Origin: a virus
Lineage: Duplodnaviria > Heunggongvirae > Uroviricota > Caudoviricetes
Length of the DNA: 48,732 nucleotides
IMG/VR virus record: IMGVR_UViG_2541047965_000007
Coordinates: 1-48,732 of that record
Strand: one strand, 5' to 3'
In this document: in pieces, positions 39,465-48,732 of the stretch
Layout: every line of letters starts with the position of its first letter
Position numbering within the stretch: position 1 is the stretch's first letter
Program-made: the position numbers and the translations under genes
Notes under the pieces: generated by a model
Told to the model about the DNA's origin: nothing
What the model saw: the letters and a program-made list of their open reading frames with translations, nothing else
Databases searched by the model: none

Positions 39465-39500
39465 GTTGCTAATTTATTAATAATTAGCAACCTTTTTATT
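39465..39500 (+). terminator. intrinsic terminator of the cargo operon
   Basis: gttgctaatt-tattaat-aattagcaac hairpin followed by cttttt. Confidence 0.6.
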
Positions 39501-39595
39501 GTCACAAAACGTTTTACATTCATATGAGGCTGTTTCGATAAATTAGTTTTAAACACCTCTGTATAATAAATATGCGTATATCCACTCAGCGCGCA

Positions 39596-39614
39596 GTGCT
39601 TTCCCCGCCTCGCC
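39596..39614. other. P2/P4-type cos (19-nt cohesive-end sequence)
   Basis: gtgctttccccgcctcgcc is the reverse complement of GGCGAGGCGGGGAAAGCAC, which I recall as the P2/P4 cohesive end. Confidence 0.8.
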
Positions 39615-39778
39615 CGCCCGCTTTGCGGGGCGGTTTTAATGCAGTTTCACTGACACGCTCAGGCCGCGCCGGGAATGGCGCGGTCTGCAGAAAATGAGGC
39701 AAGAAAACGCATGCAAAGCCATGCACCTTATCGATGCATGGCTTTTTTCAGTAAAAACGGGCGGATTTTCGGGGAGTT

Positions 39779-40351
39779 TTACACAGACTGATGTGATGCC
39801 AGTTGCGCACTTTTACGCGAAAAAATCATGTTCTGCGCAGGAGTGAATTTTTCACGGCTGTCATCCACCGAAGCCGCGTCAGGCCTGAATCCGATGGTCG
39901 TTAAAATGTCGCTATCCTGTGCGGAATAATTAATTTTTTCACCCTTCGCAAGCCAGGACAGGAGGGCTTCACGCAGGGCATCTGTGGCACGCTGTATGGC
40001 ACAGTTTCGGGCAATGGCCGTCAGCTCACTGTAGCCCATCAGCTCCGGTGCCAGTGCCGCCGCCAGTGCTGTGCCGTGCTGCTGCATAAAATCATTCAGC
40101 CGGTCGCGGATGCTGATGTGCTGAACGGCTTCATGCGAACGAATATAACGACCGGCGGCCTGATTCACCTGCCATTTTCTGACTTCGATAATATTGCGTA
40201 ATTCGTCCAGGCGACTGACGTTTCTGCCTTCTCCTGACAGAAGCCGCAGATATTCCTGTTCGGCCGCAGCCAGCTCATTTTTGCGTTGCAGCCATGCTGC
40301 TTTGTTATTCTGACAGGTGTCAAAGGCCTGCTGTAAGGCTGTGCTTTCCAT
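39779..40351 (-). CDS. psu: polarity suppression protein Psu (capsid decoration)
   Basis: 190-aa ORF recognised as Psu; gene order psu-delta-sid. Confidence 0.85.
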   Translation of the reverse strand: MESTALQQAFDTCQNNKAAWLQRKNELAAAEQEYLRLLSGEGRNVSRLDELRNIIEVRKWQVNQAAGRYIRSHEAVQHISIRDRLNDFMQQHGTALAAALAPELMGYSELTAIARNCAIQRATDALREALLSWLAKGEKINYSAQDSDILTTIGFRPDAASVDDSREKFTPAQNMIFSRKSAQLASHQSV

Positions 40352-40424
40352 CGTTATCTCTTTCTCATCATGCTGAAGAATAAAAATACGGTGTGCGGCG
40401 ACGGCCGGTGTTAACCGGCAGCCC

Positions 40425-40925
40425 TCATTCCAGACGCAGCGAATATGATTGTGTTTTTAAGCGTACTGGCGGCAGTTCCTGTTTTTCATGCAGGCGTTCT
40501 GCCAGTTCGTCCGGTGTGACCGGGCGGACAATGAAGCGGTTGATGGTCTGAAGCGTTTTAAACACCAGACCACAGCCCGGATCCGTGCACACATAAAAAC
40601 GCTCGGTGACTTCCTGAGAAAGACGCCGCGATGTTCTTGACAGTGCAAGGCCTTTACATCTCCGACAACAATATCCGGTAACAAGCATTCTTTTCGGGCG
40701 TTTCATGCTACCGGAGGCTGACGTCAGTGAATCGCGGTATCTCTGTTTGCCTGAAATGTATTCCATTCCTGAATCTTTACAGTCAGAGAAAAAGCTTTCA
40801 CTCGCTTCAAATGTCGCAGAGCAATAAATATTCCGGCACTGTGCAATCATTATCTTGGAGCCATCGTCCATGAAATGTGCGCGACGGGTGTGAGCAACAT
40901 GTCCACACGACGGGCAGTAAATCAT
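40425..40925 (-). CDS. delta: Delta late-gene transactivator (tandem Ogr-like zinc fingers)
   Basis: 166-aa ORF with two Ogr-type Cys4 modules (CPSCGHVAHTR ... CRNIYC and CCRRC ... CTDPGC). Confidence 0.85.
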   Translation of the reverse strand: MIYCPSCGHVAHTRRAHFMDDGSKIMIAQCRNIYCSATFEASESFFSDCKDSGMEYISGKQRYRDSLTSASGSMKRPKRMLVTGYCCRRCKGLALSRTSRRLSQEVTERFYVCTDPGCGLVFKTLQTINRFIVRPVTPDELAERLHEKQELPPVRLKTQSYSLRLE

Positions 40926-41674
40926 GACAGCAGTCCTCTGGCCTTAAGCTCTGCTCCCTGCTGGTCTATTTTGTCCTGCCACACCTTGCGCTGTGCCGGT
41001 GTGCCTGCCACCTCATAATCCATGTGCGGGAGTGTTGCCGCTGACAGTCCGGTCAGCCGGAGAACCGGCTCGCCGGTGAGGCTGATTTGCATCTGTTTTA
41101 TTTTCTGTTCCAGCGATGATTTCACCTGCTGCATGACAGCTTTATCGGGTGCGACGTAGCCCTGATGCCCGGTGGTGTTGGCGAGCGGATTTTCCTGTAC
41201 CAGAATGCTCAGATGCATTGCCCGGACAAGCGCCTCACAGGTTTCATTCAGGGCGTGTTCCAGCTCATGCTCTGCATACAGACTCAGAAGGTGATGATGT
41301 GCCTTCCGGTAGGCGGTGGCCGTGCTGTCACACGCCCCTTTCAGGCGTTCGCGTTCAAAATTCAGCACCACGGCCAGATTGTCATATTCCTGTACCAGCT
41401 CCCGGCGTGCCACGCGCTCAATGTGGCGCTGTTTCAGCTCGTCGCTCAGGACACCACCGGCTGCACGAAAGGCCGTGCGCCAGTCGTCAGCGTCGTTTCC
41501 GTCGGCCTGCGTCAGCGCATTTTTTTCCTGCTCTACCCGTTCAATGGCCGTGACGGTCTCATCCATCAGGCGGGCGTTCTCAAGGTGGGCGGCTCTGGCC
41601 TTTTCCAGTTGTGCCAGTGCGGGTTGCAGATATTCAGGGATGGTGTTGTCAGACATTTTCCGGCTCCTCGTCAC
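40922..41674 (-). CDS. sid: capsid size determination protein Sid
   Basis: 250-aa helical ORF upstream of delta; P4 synteny. Confidence 0.8.
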   Translation of the reverse strand: MTRSRKMSDNTIPEYLQPALAQLEKARAAHLENARLMDETVTAIERVEQEKNALTQADGNDADDWRTAFRAAGGVLSDELKQRHIERVARRELVQEYDNLAVVLNFERERLKGACDSTATAYRKAHHHLLSLYAEHELEHALNETCEALVRAMHLSILVQENPLANTTGHQGYVAPDKAVMQQVKSSLEQKIKQMQISLTGEPVLRLTGLSAATLPHMDYEVAGTPAQRKVWQDKIDQQGAELKARGLLS

Positions 41675-41821
41675 TTCAGGTTAAGAAAATTGTGACGTAC
41701 ACCGGACAACAACACGACGCATTGCAGATGTGCCAGCCCTGACACAGGAGACTCATCCTCAGACCGGCAAGCCAGGAAAAGGTCGCAGGAAAAACCGGCT
41801 TACTGTTTGTTTTTTATATTT

Positions 41822-41940
41822 TACTGTTCACCTCTGTTCACCATAAGAAAAAAGATAAGTAATACAGTAAGTTAAAGGGTGAACAATCGCAGTAATGACT
41901 GTTCACCGTCTGTTCACCACTGTTCACCACTGTTCACCCG
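41822..41940. repeat. cluster of TGTTCACC iterons (P4 ori-type alpha-binding sites)
   Basis: At least six copies of tgttcacc in both orientations (ctgttcacctctgttcacc ... gtgaacaatcgc ... ctgttcaccgtctgttcaccactgttcaccactgttcaccc). Confidence 0.7.
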
Positions 41941-42217
41941 TTGATGGGCTTTTTGTGCTGTTTATTACTGTTTGTTTTTATTAATTCGCCGGGAATGAAT
42001 AAGAAAAAACGATTTGTATTTCACTATAATTTTTTCCAGCTCCTTCCAGAGCGTTTTAAAGCTATCTGGCGCTAATGTACAAAAAATACACAACCATTGT
42101 AAGGCTGCCGGAACAAATCCCCCCTGTTGCGTCTGCTGAAAATATTCACAAAATAAAGCGCTACCCGAAGCCGGACGGACTTATCCGGTGCTGTATGGAC
42201 ATTAACGAGGTAGCCCG

Positions 42218-42484
42218 ATGCAAGCTGTTTTTTCTTCCCCGTCTCCCGCCCCTGTGACGCCACTGATGCCGCTGCCGGACATCACGCAGGAGCGTTTTTT
42301 ACGTCTGCCGGAAGTGATGCACCTGTGCGGCCTGTCACGCTCGACCATCTACGAACTCATCCGTAAGGGGGAATTTCCGCCGCAGGTGAGTCTTGGCGGT
42401 AAAAATGTGGCCTGGCTGCACTCTGAAGTCACCGCATGGATGGCCGGGCGCATTGCCGGACGCAAACGGGGGTACGACGCATGA
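42218..42484 (+). CDS. AlpA/Vis-type prophage regulatory DNA-binding protein
   Basis: 88-aa ORF with [25 protein letters not shown] and C-terminal W-rich tail. Confidence 0.75.
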   Translation: MQAVFSSPSPAPVTPLMPLPDITQERFLRLPEVMHLCGLSRSTIYELIRKGEFPPQVSLGGKNVAWLHSEVTAWMAGRIAGRKRGYDA

Positions 42485-43027
42485 TGATGCCCGCTCTGCA
42501 AAAAGTCCCTTTTTCTGGCTTGCCTTTTTCCGGCATTTGCGGATATAGTTTTTCCGCTGCCGCAAAATCGGCAGCCGGGCGTAGGAACCCGAGTTACTTC
42601 AAGGCGACATATGACGCGCCATGCGTCTTTTTTTACGTCGTTGCTTCGGCACACCTGTTTTTCTGGCTGTGGTTTTTAAACCGTAGCCTCTGTCAGATAA
42701 TGGTGGTCCGGGCGGGGCAGCCTTCGGGCTGGCCGGTTTCCTTGAAGGCCGGTATTCCTACCCCCGTCCGGGCTACCACCCATGAGCGTAGGAACTCCAG
42801 TGGTAGCTGTAACTGTTACTTCAAGGAGACTGCCATCATGGCTACAACCCTTACCCCCTCACACCCTGAATTTGTCTTTGTGTTTGCTGCTGTCCGTCGC
42901 GCAGACCGTCATCCCCGTATCTGTATGCTTCGCACCGTCGCCGGTGATGAACGCAGTGCCCGCCGTTCCCTTGTCCGTGACTATGTGCTCTCCCTTGCTG
43001 CCCGTCTGCCGGTGATGGGGGTGTCCC

Positions 43028-43315
43028 GTGCGTAATAAAAAAGCCCCTCAGACCGTCTCAGCGCGTCATGACGCCCGTGAACACCTCAGCATTGAGGCTT
43101 ACCATAAGCTCAACCGCGCCAGCGCCGTATCCCAGTTTGTTGGGGGTGATTTGATTCACCGTGAACTCTCCGGCCTGCATCAGCTCTACATTCCGCATAT
43201 TTTCAGCTACCTGAATGAAGATATTGATTTTGTGCTGAATGAGCTGAAAGCCAAAGGCCTGTGCCGCGATTTTCTCGCCCAGCAGAAAGACCGGGGAGAC
43301 AAGACGCATGTTTGA
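43028..43315 (+). CDS. small protein at the position of P4 epsilon
   Basis: 95-aa ORF in the operon leading to alpha. Confidence 0.5.
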   Translation: MRNKKAPQTVSARHDAREHLSIEAYHKLNRASAVSQFVGGDLIHRELSGLHQLYIPHIFSYLNEDIDFVLNELKAKGLCRDFLAQQKDRGDKTHV

Positions 43316-43763
43316 TTTTCCCCAGCCCGGTGAGATTTTCCGTTCTGCCGGTTTTCCCGATGTGGCCGTGGTCGGCATTCTGGAAGACGGTATTCCGTGG
43401 GAAATGCCGTACCGCTGCCCGGAAATTGTCTGGAACCCGTACCGCCGTAAATTCAGTATCCTTGTGCGTATCCTCGCCGACGGGCGCACCACAGACATCC
43501 CGCTGGGGCGTTTTCTGCGGGAATTTACCTGTGACCGTCCTGACCTGTTTAAACGCAGCCCCGTAAACCGGCATGCGGTACTGAAAGAAATGGCCGGAGA
43601 CCCGGAATTACAGAAATGGCGGGAGAAATATCTGGATATTTACCCACAGGACCCTGTTCCGGTCAGCCGGGCGGCACCGATGGCGCGGGAATGGCGGGAA
43701 ATTCCCCGCACGGAGCCTGACCCGGAAATCACCCCGGATAACAGTTACCGCAATTATCTGTAA
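43308..43763 (+). CDS. P4 orf151-like protein
   Basis: 151-aa ORF; order 95-151-106-alpha matches my recollection of P4. Confidence 0.6.
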   Translation: MFDFPQPGEIFRSAGFPDVAVVGILEDGIPWEMPYRCPEIVWNPYRRKFSILVRILADGRTTDIPLGRFLREFTCDRPDLFKRSPVNRHAVLKEMAGDPELQKWREKYLDIYPQDPVPVSRAAPMAREWREIPRTEPDPEITPDNSYRNYL

Positions 43764-43898
43764 TTAAAAAACGACACCCGAAAAATTAAATGTGCGTATT
43801 CGCGCAGGGATACGCACGTCTTCAGGAGACGCAGATATGCCTTATCAGTTAATGCAACCGGCACGGAATGCAGTCATCTGTCACAGGGAGGAAAACAA

Positions 43899-44219
43899 AT
43901 GAAAACACCCTTACCGCCCGTCTTACGCGCTGCCCTTTACCGTCGCGCTGTCGCCTGTGCCTGGCTGACCGTGTGCGAACGTCAGCACCGCTACCCGCAT
44001 CTCACCCTTGAGTCACTGGAGGCGGCCATCGCCGCTGAGCTGGAAGGCTTTTATCTGCGCCAGCACGGTGAGGAAAAAGGGCGTCAGATAGCCTGTGCCC
44101 TGCTGGAAGATTTAATGGAATCCGGCCCCCTGAAGGCCGCGCCGTCGCTGTCCTTTCTCGGGCTGGTTGTGATGGATGAACTCTGTGCCCGTCACATAAA
44201 AGCGCCGGTACTGCACTGA
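43899..44219 (+). CDS. P4 orf106-like protein
   Basis: 106-aa ORF directly upstream of alpha. Confidence 0.6.
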
Positions 44220-44233
44220 AGGAGAACAACACC

Positions 44234-46567
44234 ATGAAAATGAACGTAACCGCCACCGTCAGCCATGCGCTCGGCCACTGGCCGCGTATTCTCCCGGCGC
44301 TGGGGATTCAGGTGCTGAAAAACCGTCATCAGCCCTGTCCGGTCTGTGGCGGGAGTGACCGCTTCCGTTTTGATGACAGGGAGGGGCGCGGCACCTGGTA
44401 CTGCAATCAGTGTGGTGCCGGTGACGGCCTGAAACTGGTTGAAAAGGTGTTTGGTGTCTCCCCGTCCGACGCGGCCACAAAGGTGGCTGCCGTGACCGGC
44501 AGCCTGCCCCCGGCTGACCCGGCAGTGACGGCTGCCGCCGTTGCTGAAACAGACGCTGCCCGGAAGAACGCTGCCGCACTGGCACAAACCCTGATGGCAA
44601 AAACCCGTCCCGGAACCGGTAACGCCTACCTGACCCGCAAGGGCTTTCCCGACCGGGAATGCCGGATGCTGACCGGCACACACAGAGCCGGTGGCGTGAG
44701 CTGGCGCGCCGGTGACCTTGTGGTGCCACTGTATGACGACAGCGGCGAACTGGTTAACCTTCAGTTAATCAGTGCTGACGGCCGTAAGCGCACCCTGAAA
44801 GGCGGACAGGTCAGGGGCACCTGTCACACCCTTGAAGGACAGAATCAGGCCGGAAAACGTCTGTGGATAGCGGAGGGATACGCGACCGCACTTACCGTAC
44901 ATCACCTGACCGGTGAAACGGTGATGGTGGCGCTTTCTTCCGTGAACCTCCTTTCTCTGGCCAGCCTTGCCCGGCAGAAGCATCCGGCCTGTCAGATTGT
45001 CCTTGCCGCAGACCGTGACCTCAGCGGTGACGGCCAGAAAAAAGCCGCCGCAGCCGCAGATGCGTGTGAGGGCGTTGTTGCCCTGCCGCCGGTCTTCGGT
45101 GACTGGAATGATGCCTTCACGCAGTACGGCGGGGAGGCCACCCGTAAGGCCATTTACGATGCCATCCGGCCACCGGCTGAAAGCCCGTTCGACACCATGA
45201 GCGAAGCAGAGTTTTCCGCCATGAGTACCAGCGAAAAGGCCATGCGTATCTATGAGCATTACGGTGAGGCGCTCGCGGTCGATGCCAACGGCCAGCTTCT
45301 GTCCCGCTATGAAAATGGTGTCTGGAAGGTGCTGCCGCCACAGGACTTTGCCCGGGATGTGGCCGGGCTGTTTCAGCGTCTGCGCGCGCCGTTCTCCTCC
45401 GGGAAGGTGGCCTCCGTGGTGGACACCCTGAAGCTGATTATTCCGCAGCAGGAAGCCCCCTCCCGCCGCCTGATTGGCTTTCGTAACGGTGTGCTCGACA
45501 CACAGAACGGCACGTTCCACCCGCACAGTCCGTCACACTGGATGCGTACCCTGTGCGATGTGGATTTCACCCCACCGGTGGAAGGGGAAACGCTGGAAAC
45601 CCACGCCCCCGCGTTCTGGCGCTGGCTTGACCGTGCCGCCGGTGGCCGTGCGGAAAAACGCGACGTGATTCTGGCCGCACTGTTTATGGTGCTGGCAAAC
45701 CGCTACGACTGGCAGCTCTTTCTGGAGGTGACCGGTCCCGGCGGCAGCGGCAAAAGTATCATGGCCGAAATAGCCACCCTGCTGGCCGGTGAGGATAACG
45801 CCACGTCGGCCACCATCGAGACGCTGGAATCCCCGCGTGAACGTGCCGCGTTAACTGGCTTCTCACTGATACGCCTGCCGGACCAGGAAAAATGGAGCGG
45901 CGACGGAGCCGGACTCAAGGCCATCACCGGCGGCGATGCAGTGTCCGTTGACCCGAAATACCGGGATGCGTACTCCACGCACATCCCGGCGGTGATTCTG
46001 GCCGTGAACAATAACCCGATGCGCTTCACCGACCGCAGCGGCGGCGTGTCACGCCGGCGGGTGATTATTCACTTCCCGGAACAGATAGCCCCGCAGGAGC
46101 GCGACCCGCAGCTTAAGGACAAAATCACCCGCGAGCTGGCGGTCATCGTGCGTCACCTGATGCAGAAGTTCAGCGACCCGATGCTCGCCCGGTCACTGCT
46201 TCAGTCCCAGCAGAACTCAGACGAGGCGCTGAACATCAAACGGGATGCCGACCCGACGTTTGATTTTATCGGCTATCTGGAAACCCTGCCGCAGACCAGC
46301 GGCATGTATATGGGGAACGCCAGTATCATCCCGCGCAATTACCGTAAATACCTCTATCACGCCTATCTGGCCTACATGGAGGCAAACGGCTACCGGAATG
46401 TACTCAGTCTGAAAATGTTCGGGCTGGGGCTGCCGGTGATGCTGAAGGAATACGGACTGAATTACGAGAAGCGCCATACCAAACAGGGGATACAGACCAA
46501 CCTGACACTGAAAGAGGAAAGCTACGGCGACTGGCTGCCAAAATGTGACGACCCTGCAACAACCTGA
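44234..46567 (+). CDS. alpha: alpha primase-helicase
   Basis: 777-aa ORF; N-terminal zinc ribbon CPVCGGSDRFRFDD ... CNQCG, Walker A GPGGSGKS. Confidence 0.9.
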   Translation: MKMNVTATVSHALGHWPRILPALGIQVLKNRHQPCPVCGGSDRFRFDDREGRGTWYCNQCGAGDGLKLVEKVFGVSPSDAATKVAAVTGSLPPADPAVTAAAVAETDAARKNAAALAQTLMAKTRPGTGNAYLTRKGFPDRECRMLTGTHRAGGVSWRAGDLVVPLYDDSGELVNLQLISADGRKRTLKGGQVRGTCHTLEGQNQAGKRLWIAEGYATALTVHHLTGETVMVALSSVNLLSLASLARQKHPACQIVLAADRDLSGDGQKKAAAAADACEGVVALPPVFGDWNDAFTQYGGEATRKAIYDAIRPPAESPFDTMSEAEFSAMSTSEKAMRIYEHYGEALAVDANGQLLSRYENGVWKVLPPQDFARDVAGLFQRLRAPFSSGKVASVVDTLKLIIPQQEAPSRRLIGFRNGVLDTQNGTFHPHSPSHWMRTLCDVDFTPPVEGETLETHAPAFWRWLDRAAGGRAEKRDVILAALFMVLANRYDWQLFLEVTGPGGSGKSIMAEIATLLAGEDNATSATIETLESPRERAALTGFSLIRLPDQEKWSGDGAGLKAITGGDAVSVDPKYRDAYSTHIPAVILAVNNNPMRFTDRSGGVSRRRVIIHFPEQIAPQERDPQLKDKITRELAVIVRHLMQKFSDPMLARSLLQSQQNSDEALNIKRDADPTFDFIGYLETLPQTSGMYMGNASIIPRNYRKYLYHAYLAYMEANGYRNVLSLKMFGLGLPVMLKEYGLNYEKRHTKQGIQTNLTLKEESYGDWLPKCDDPATT

Positions 46568-46574
46568 CCCACCT

Positions 46575-46600
46575 GACCGGCATCTGCCGGTCTTTTTTTA
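46575..46600 (+). terminator. intrinsic terminator after alpha
   Basis: accggc-atct-gccggt hairpin followed by ttttttt. Confidence 0.6.
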
Positions 46601-46613
46601 TCCCGACATCCCC

Positions 46614-46920
46614 CGAAGGTGAACAATCCACTGTTCACCCTTCACCGTATATTCACCCGTTATCACACTGAAATTAAAAGAGAAAAATGAAAGGTGAACA
46701 GTGTGAACAATCAAATCAAAAAAAACTTTTTTCTCCCTGTGCGATTTTCGGTGCAGGGAATTAATCACCGGTATGAGTCACACCGGCAGAATGCCGGAGG
46801 TGAAGAATCGAATGTTCACCCTTCACCCATTATTCACCACCTATCCAACTGAAATAAAAGGAGAAAACAGAAAGGTGAACAGTGTGAACAGTTCTTTCGA
46901 AAAAAAATTTTTTTCCTGTA
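46614..46920. repeat. crr-like region: two roughly 120-bp direct repeats each carrying TGTTCACC-type iterons
   Basis: Unit 1 from about 46614 and unit 2 from about 46797 share gtgaa(c/g)aatc ... tgttcacccttcacc ... ttcacc ... aaaggtgaacagtgtgaaca ... aaaaaaa-ttttt. Confidence 0.75.
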
Positions 46921-46976
46921 CGATATAGCATCAATCCAAGTAAAAATGCGCTTTCATTTCACATTAACTTACAGCC

Positions 46977-46999
46977 ATTGGTATACGATTAGGTATACG
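46977..46999. repeat. third copy of the intA-upstream 23-bp arm sequence
   Basis: attggtatacgattaggtatacg differs at one position from 34756..34778. Confidence 0.6.
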
Positions 47000-47042
47000 C
47001 ACAAAAACTGAATTAAACAAAATCATTAAAAATCAAAGCAAT

Positions 47043-47060
47043 ACAATATTTATTCAAACT
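47043..47060. repeat. degenerate att-core-like sequence (possible right junction of the satellite)
   Basis: ttcaaactccgccagccc resembles ttcaactcccgccagctcc of the ssrA core with indels. Confidence 0.4.
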
Positions 47061-47198
47061 CCGCCAGCCCAAATAATGATTGGACGGTGTAAGGACTACA
47101 CCAACAAAAACAGGAAGTTATAAGTCTCAGCAGGACACCGACCAGACGGTGAGGAGACAAAAAAGGATACGCAACGGAGTCGCGACTCCCTATGACAT

Positions 47199-47226
47199 TA
47201 AAGCCCGCTGATGCGGGCTTTTTTAT
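47199..47226 (+). terminator. intrinsic terminator
   Basis: aagcccgc-tgat-gcgggctt hairpin followed by ttttttatt. Confidence 0.6.
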
Positions 47227-47615
47227 TGGTCCTGACCCGCCCTGAATAGAATTCATCCAATTACAGTCCAGACATATACAGTATCCCTCAGCTCAGTATC
47301 AGCTTCTCGACAAATGGTCACTGTTATTTACCCGTTGCCAGAAAGAGAATAATTTGCCCCCATAGCCAGCCTTCCCGGAATCTGTATATTCATTAATATT
47401 GTTATCGATTCCATCAAGTAACATAGGTTGGATGCGATTGATCTTACTCACATTAGTCGACACGGAACTCAGTAAGTTGAACTCTGAAAAAGCAGTTTAA
47501 ATAGCATTTAAACAAATGCCACCAGTTCGAAAAAGAGTATAAGCACACTTAATATATTGTTTTAATTATTCATTTCCTTTCAACCCAATTCTTATCCCTC
47601 ACATTATTTGTTATT

Positions 47616-47637
47616 AATTTGTTGTTTTTGATCACAA
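47616..47637. promoter_or_regulatory. possible CRP-like site in the csiD upstream region
   Basis: ttgtt-N6-tcaca about 120 bp upstream of the csiD ATG; only the right half-site is consensus. Confidence 0.3.
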
Positions 47638-47655
47638 TAAGAAAACAATATGTAA

Positions 47656-48732
<1,077 letters not shown>

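Larger units (their letters stand above)
34645..47060. mobile_element. P4-like phage satellite integrated in tandem
   Basis: intA, P2/P4-type cos, psu-delta-sid, AlpA/Vis-like gene, alpha primase-helicase, TGTTCACC iterons and crr repeats; right boundary is approximate. Confidence 0.85.

Noticed and set aside
42436-43035. 199-aa ORF across the satellite immunity region
   Set aside because: Odd composition, no SD, spans repeats and a highly structured GC-rich segment more consistent with a P4-type regulatory RNA; only its last 66 codons (ATG at 42838 with SD aaggag) look like a possible small gene.
41822-46920. Clusters of short repeats (TGTTCACC) that might suggest a CRISPR array
   Set aside because: Repeats are 8 bp, occur in both orientations with irregular spacing, and match the P4 iteron/crr pattern next to the alpha primase gene; no CRISPR-like repeat-spacer periodicity or cas genes.
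47050-47256. 68-aa minus-strand ORF between the satellite end and csiD
   Set aside because: Overlaps a plus-strand terminator hairpin and a degenerate att-like sequence; no SD; likely non-coding junction DNA.

Overview
Enterobacterial (Escherichia-like) chromosome segment: smpB and the tmRNA gene ssrA, followed by two mobile elements inserted in tandem at the 3' end of ssrA, and then csiD. Element 1 (about 1060..34644) is a P2/186-like prophage with a complete, syntenic late-gene set (ogr, D, U, T, E/E', FII, FI, invertible tail-fibre segment with a Hin/Gin-family invertase, H, I, J, W, V, S, R, lysCBA, K, Y, X, L, M, N, O, P, Q), a cos region, a LexA-box-controlled DinI-like operon, replication gene A, a Dam-type methylase and a 186-type cII/apl/cI/int lysogeny module. 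A 45-bp direct repeat of the ssrA 3' end (1015..1059 and 34600..34644) bounds it. Element 2 (about 34645..47060) is a P4-like satellite (P4-type integrase, P2/P4-type cos, psu-delta-sid, AlpA/Vis-like regulator, alpha primase-helicase, TGTTCACC iterons and crr repeats). Both elements carry AT-rich cargo at the positions known as variable anti-phage hotspots. The satellite cargo (36079..39412) is a tightly coupled operon ending in a Rad50/SMC-like ATPase, preceded by a membrane/repeat protein split by a frameshift at an A7 tract; I think this is the best candidate for an undescribed or atypical defence module (Lamassu/ABC-3C-like architecture). The prophage cargo (23759..26108) is a second candidate, a three-gene module with no recognisable domains beyond an HTH. 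All calls rest on reading the sequence and ORF translations by eye; no database search was run.
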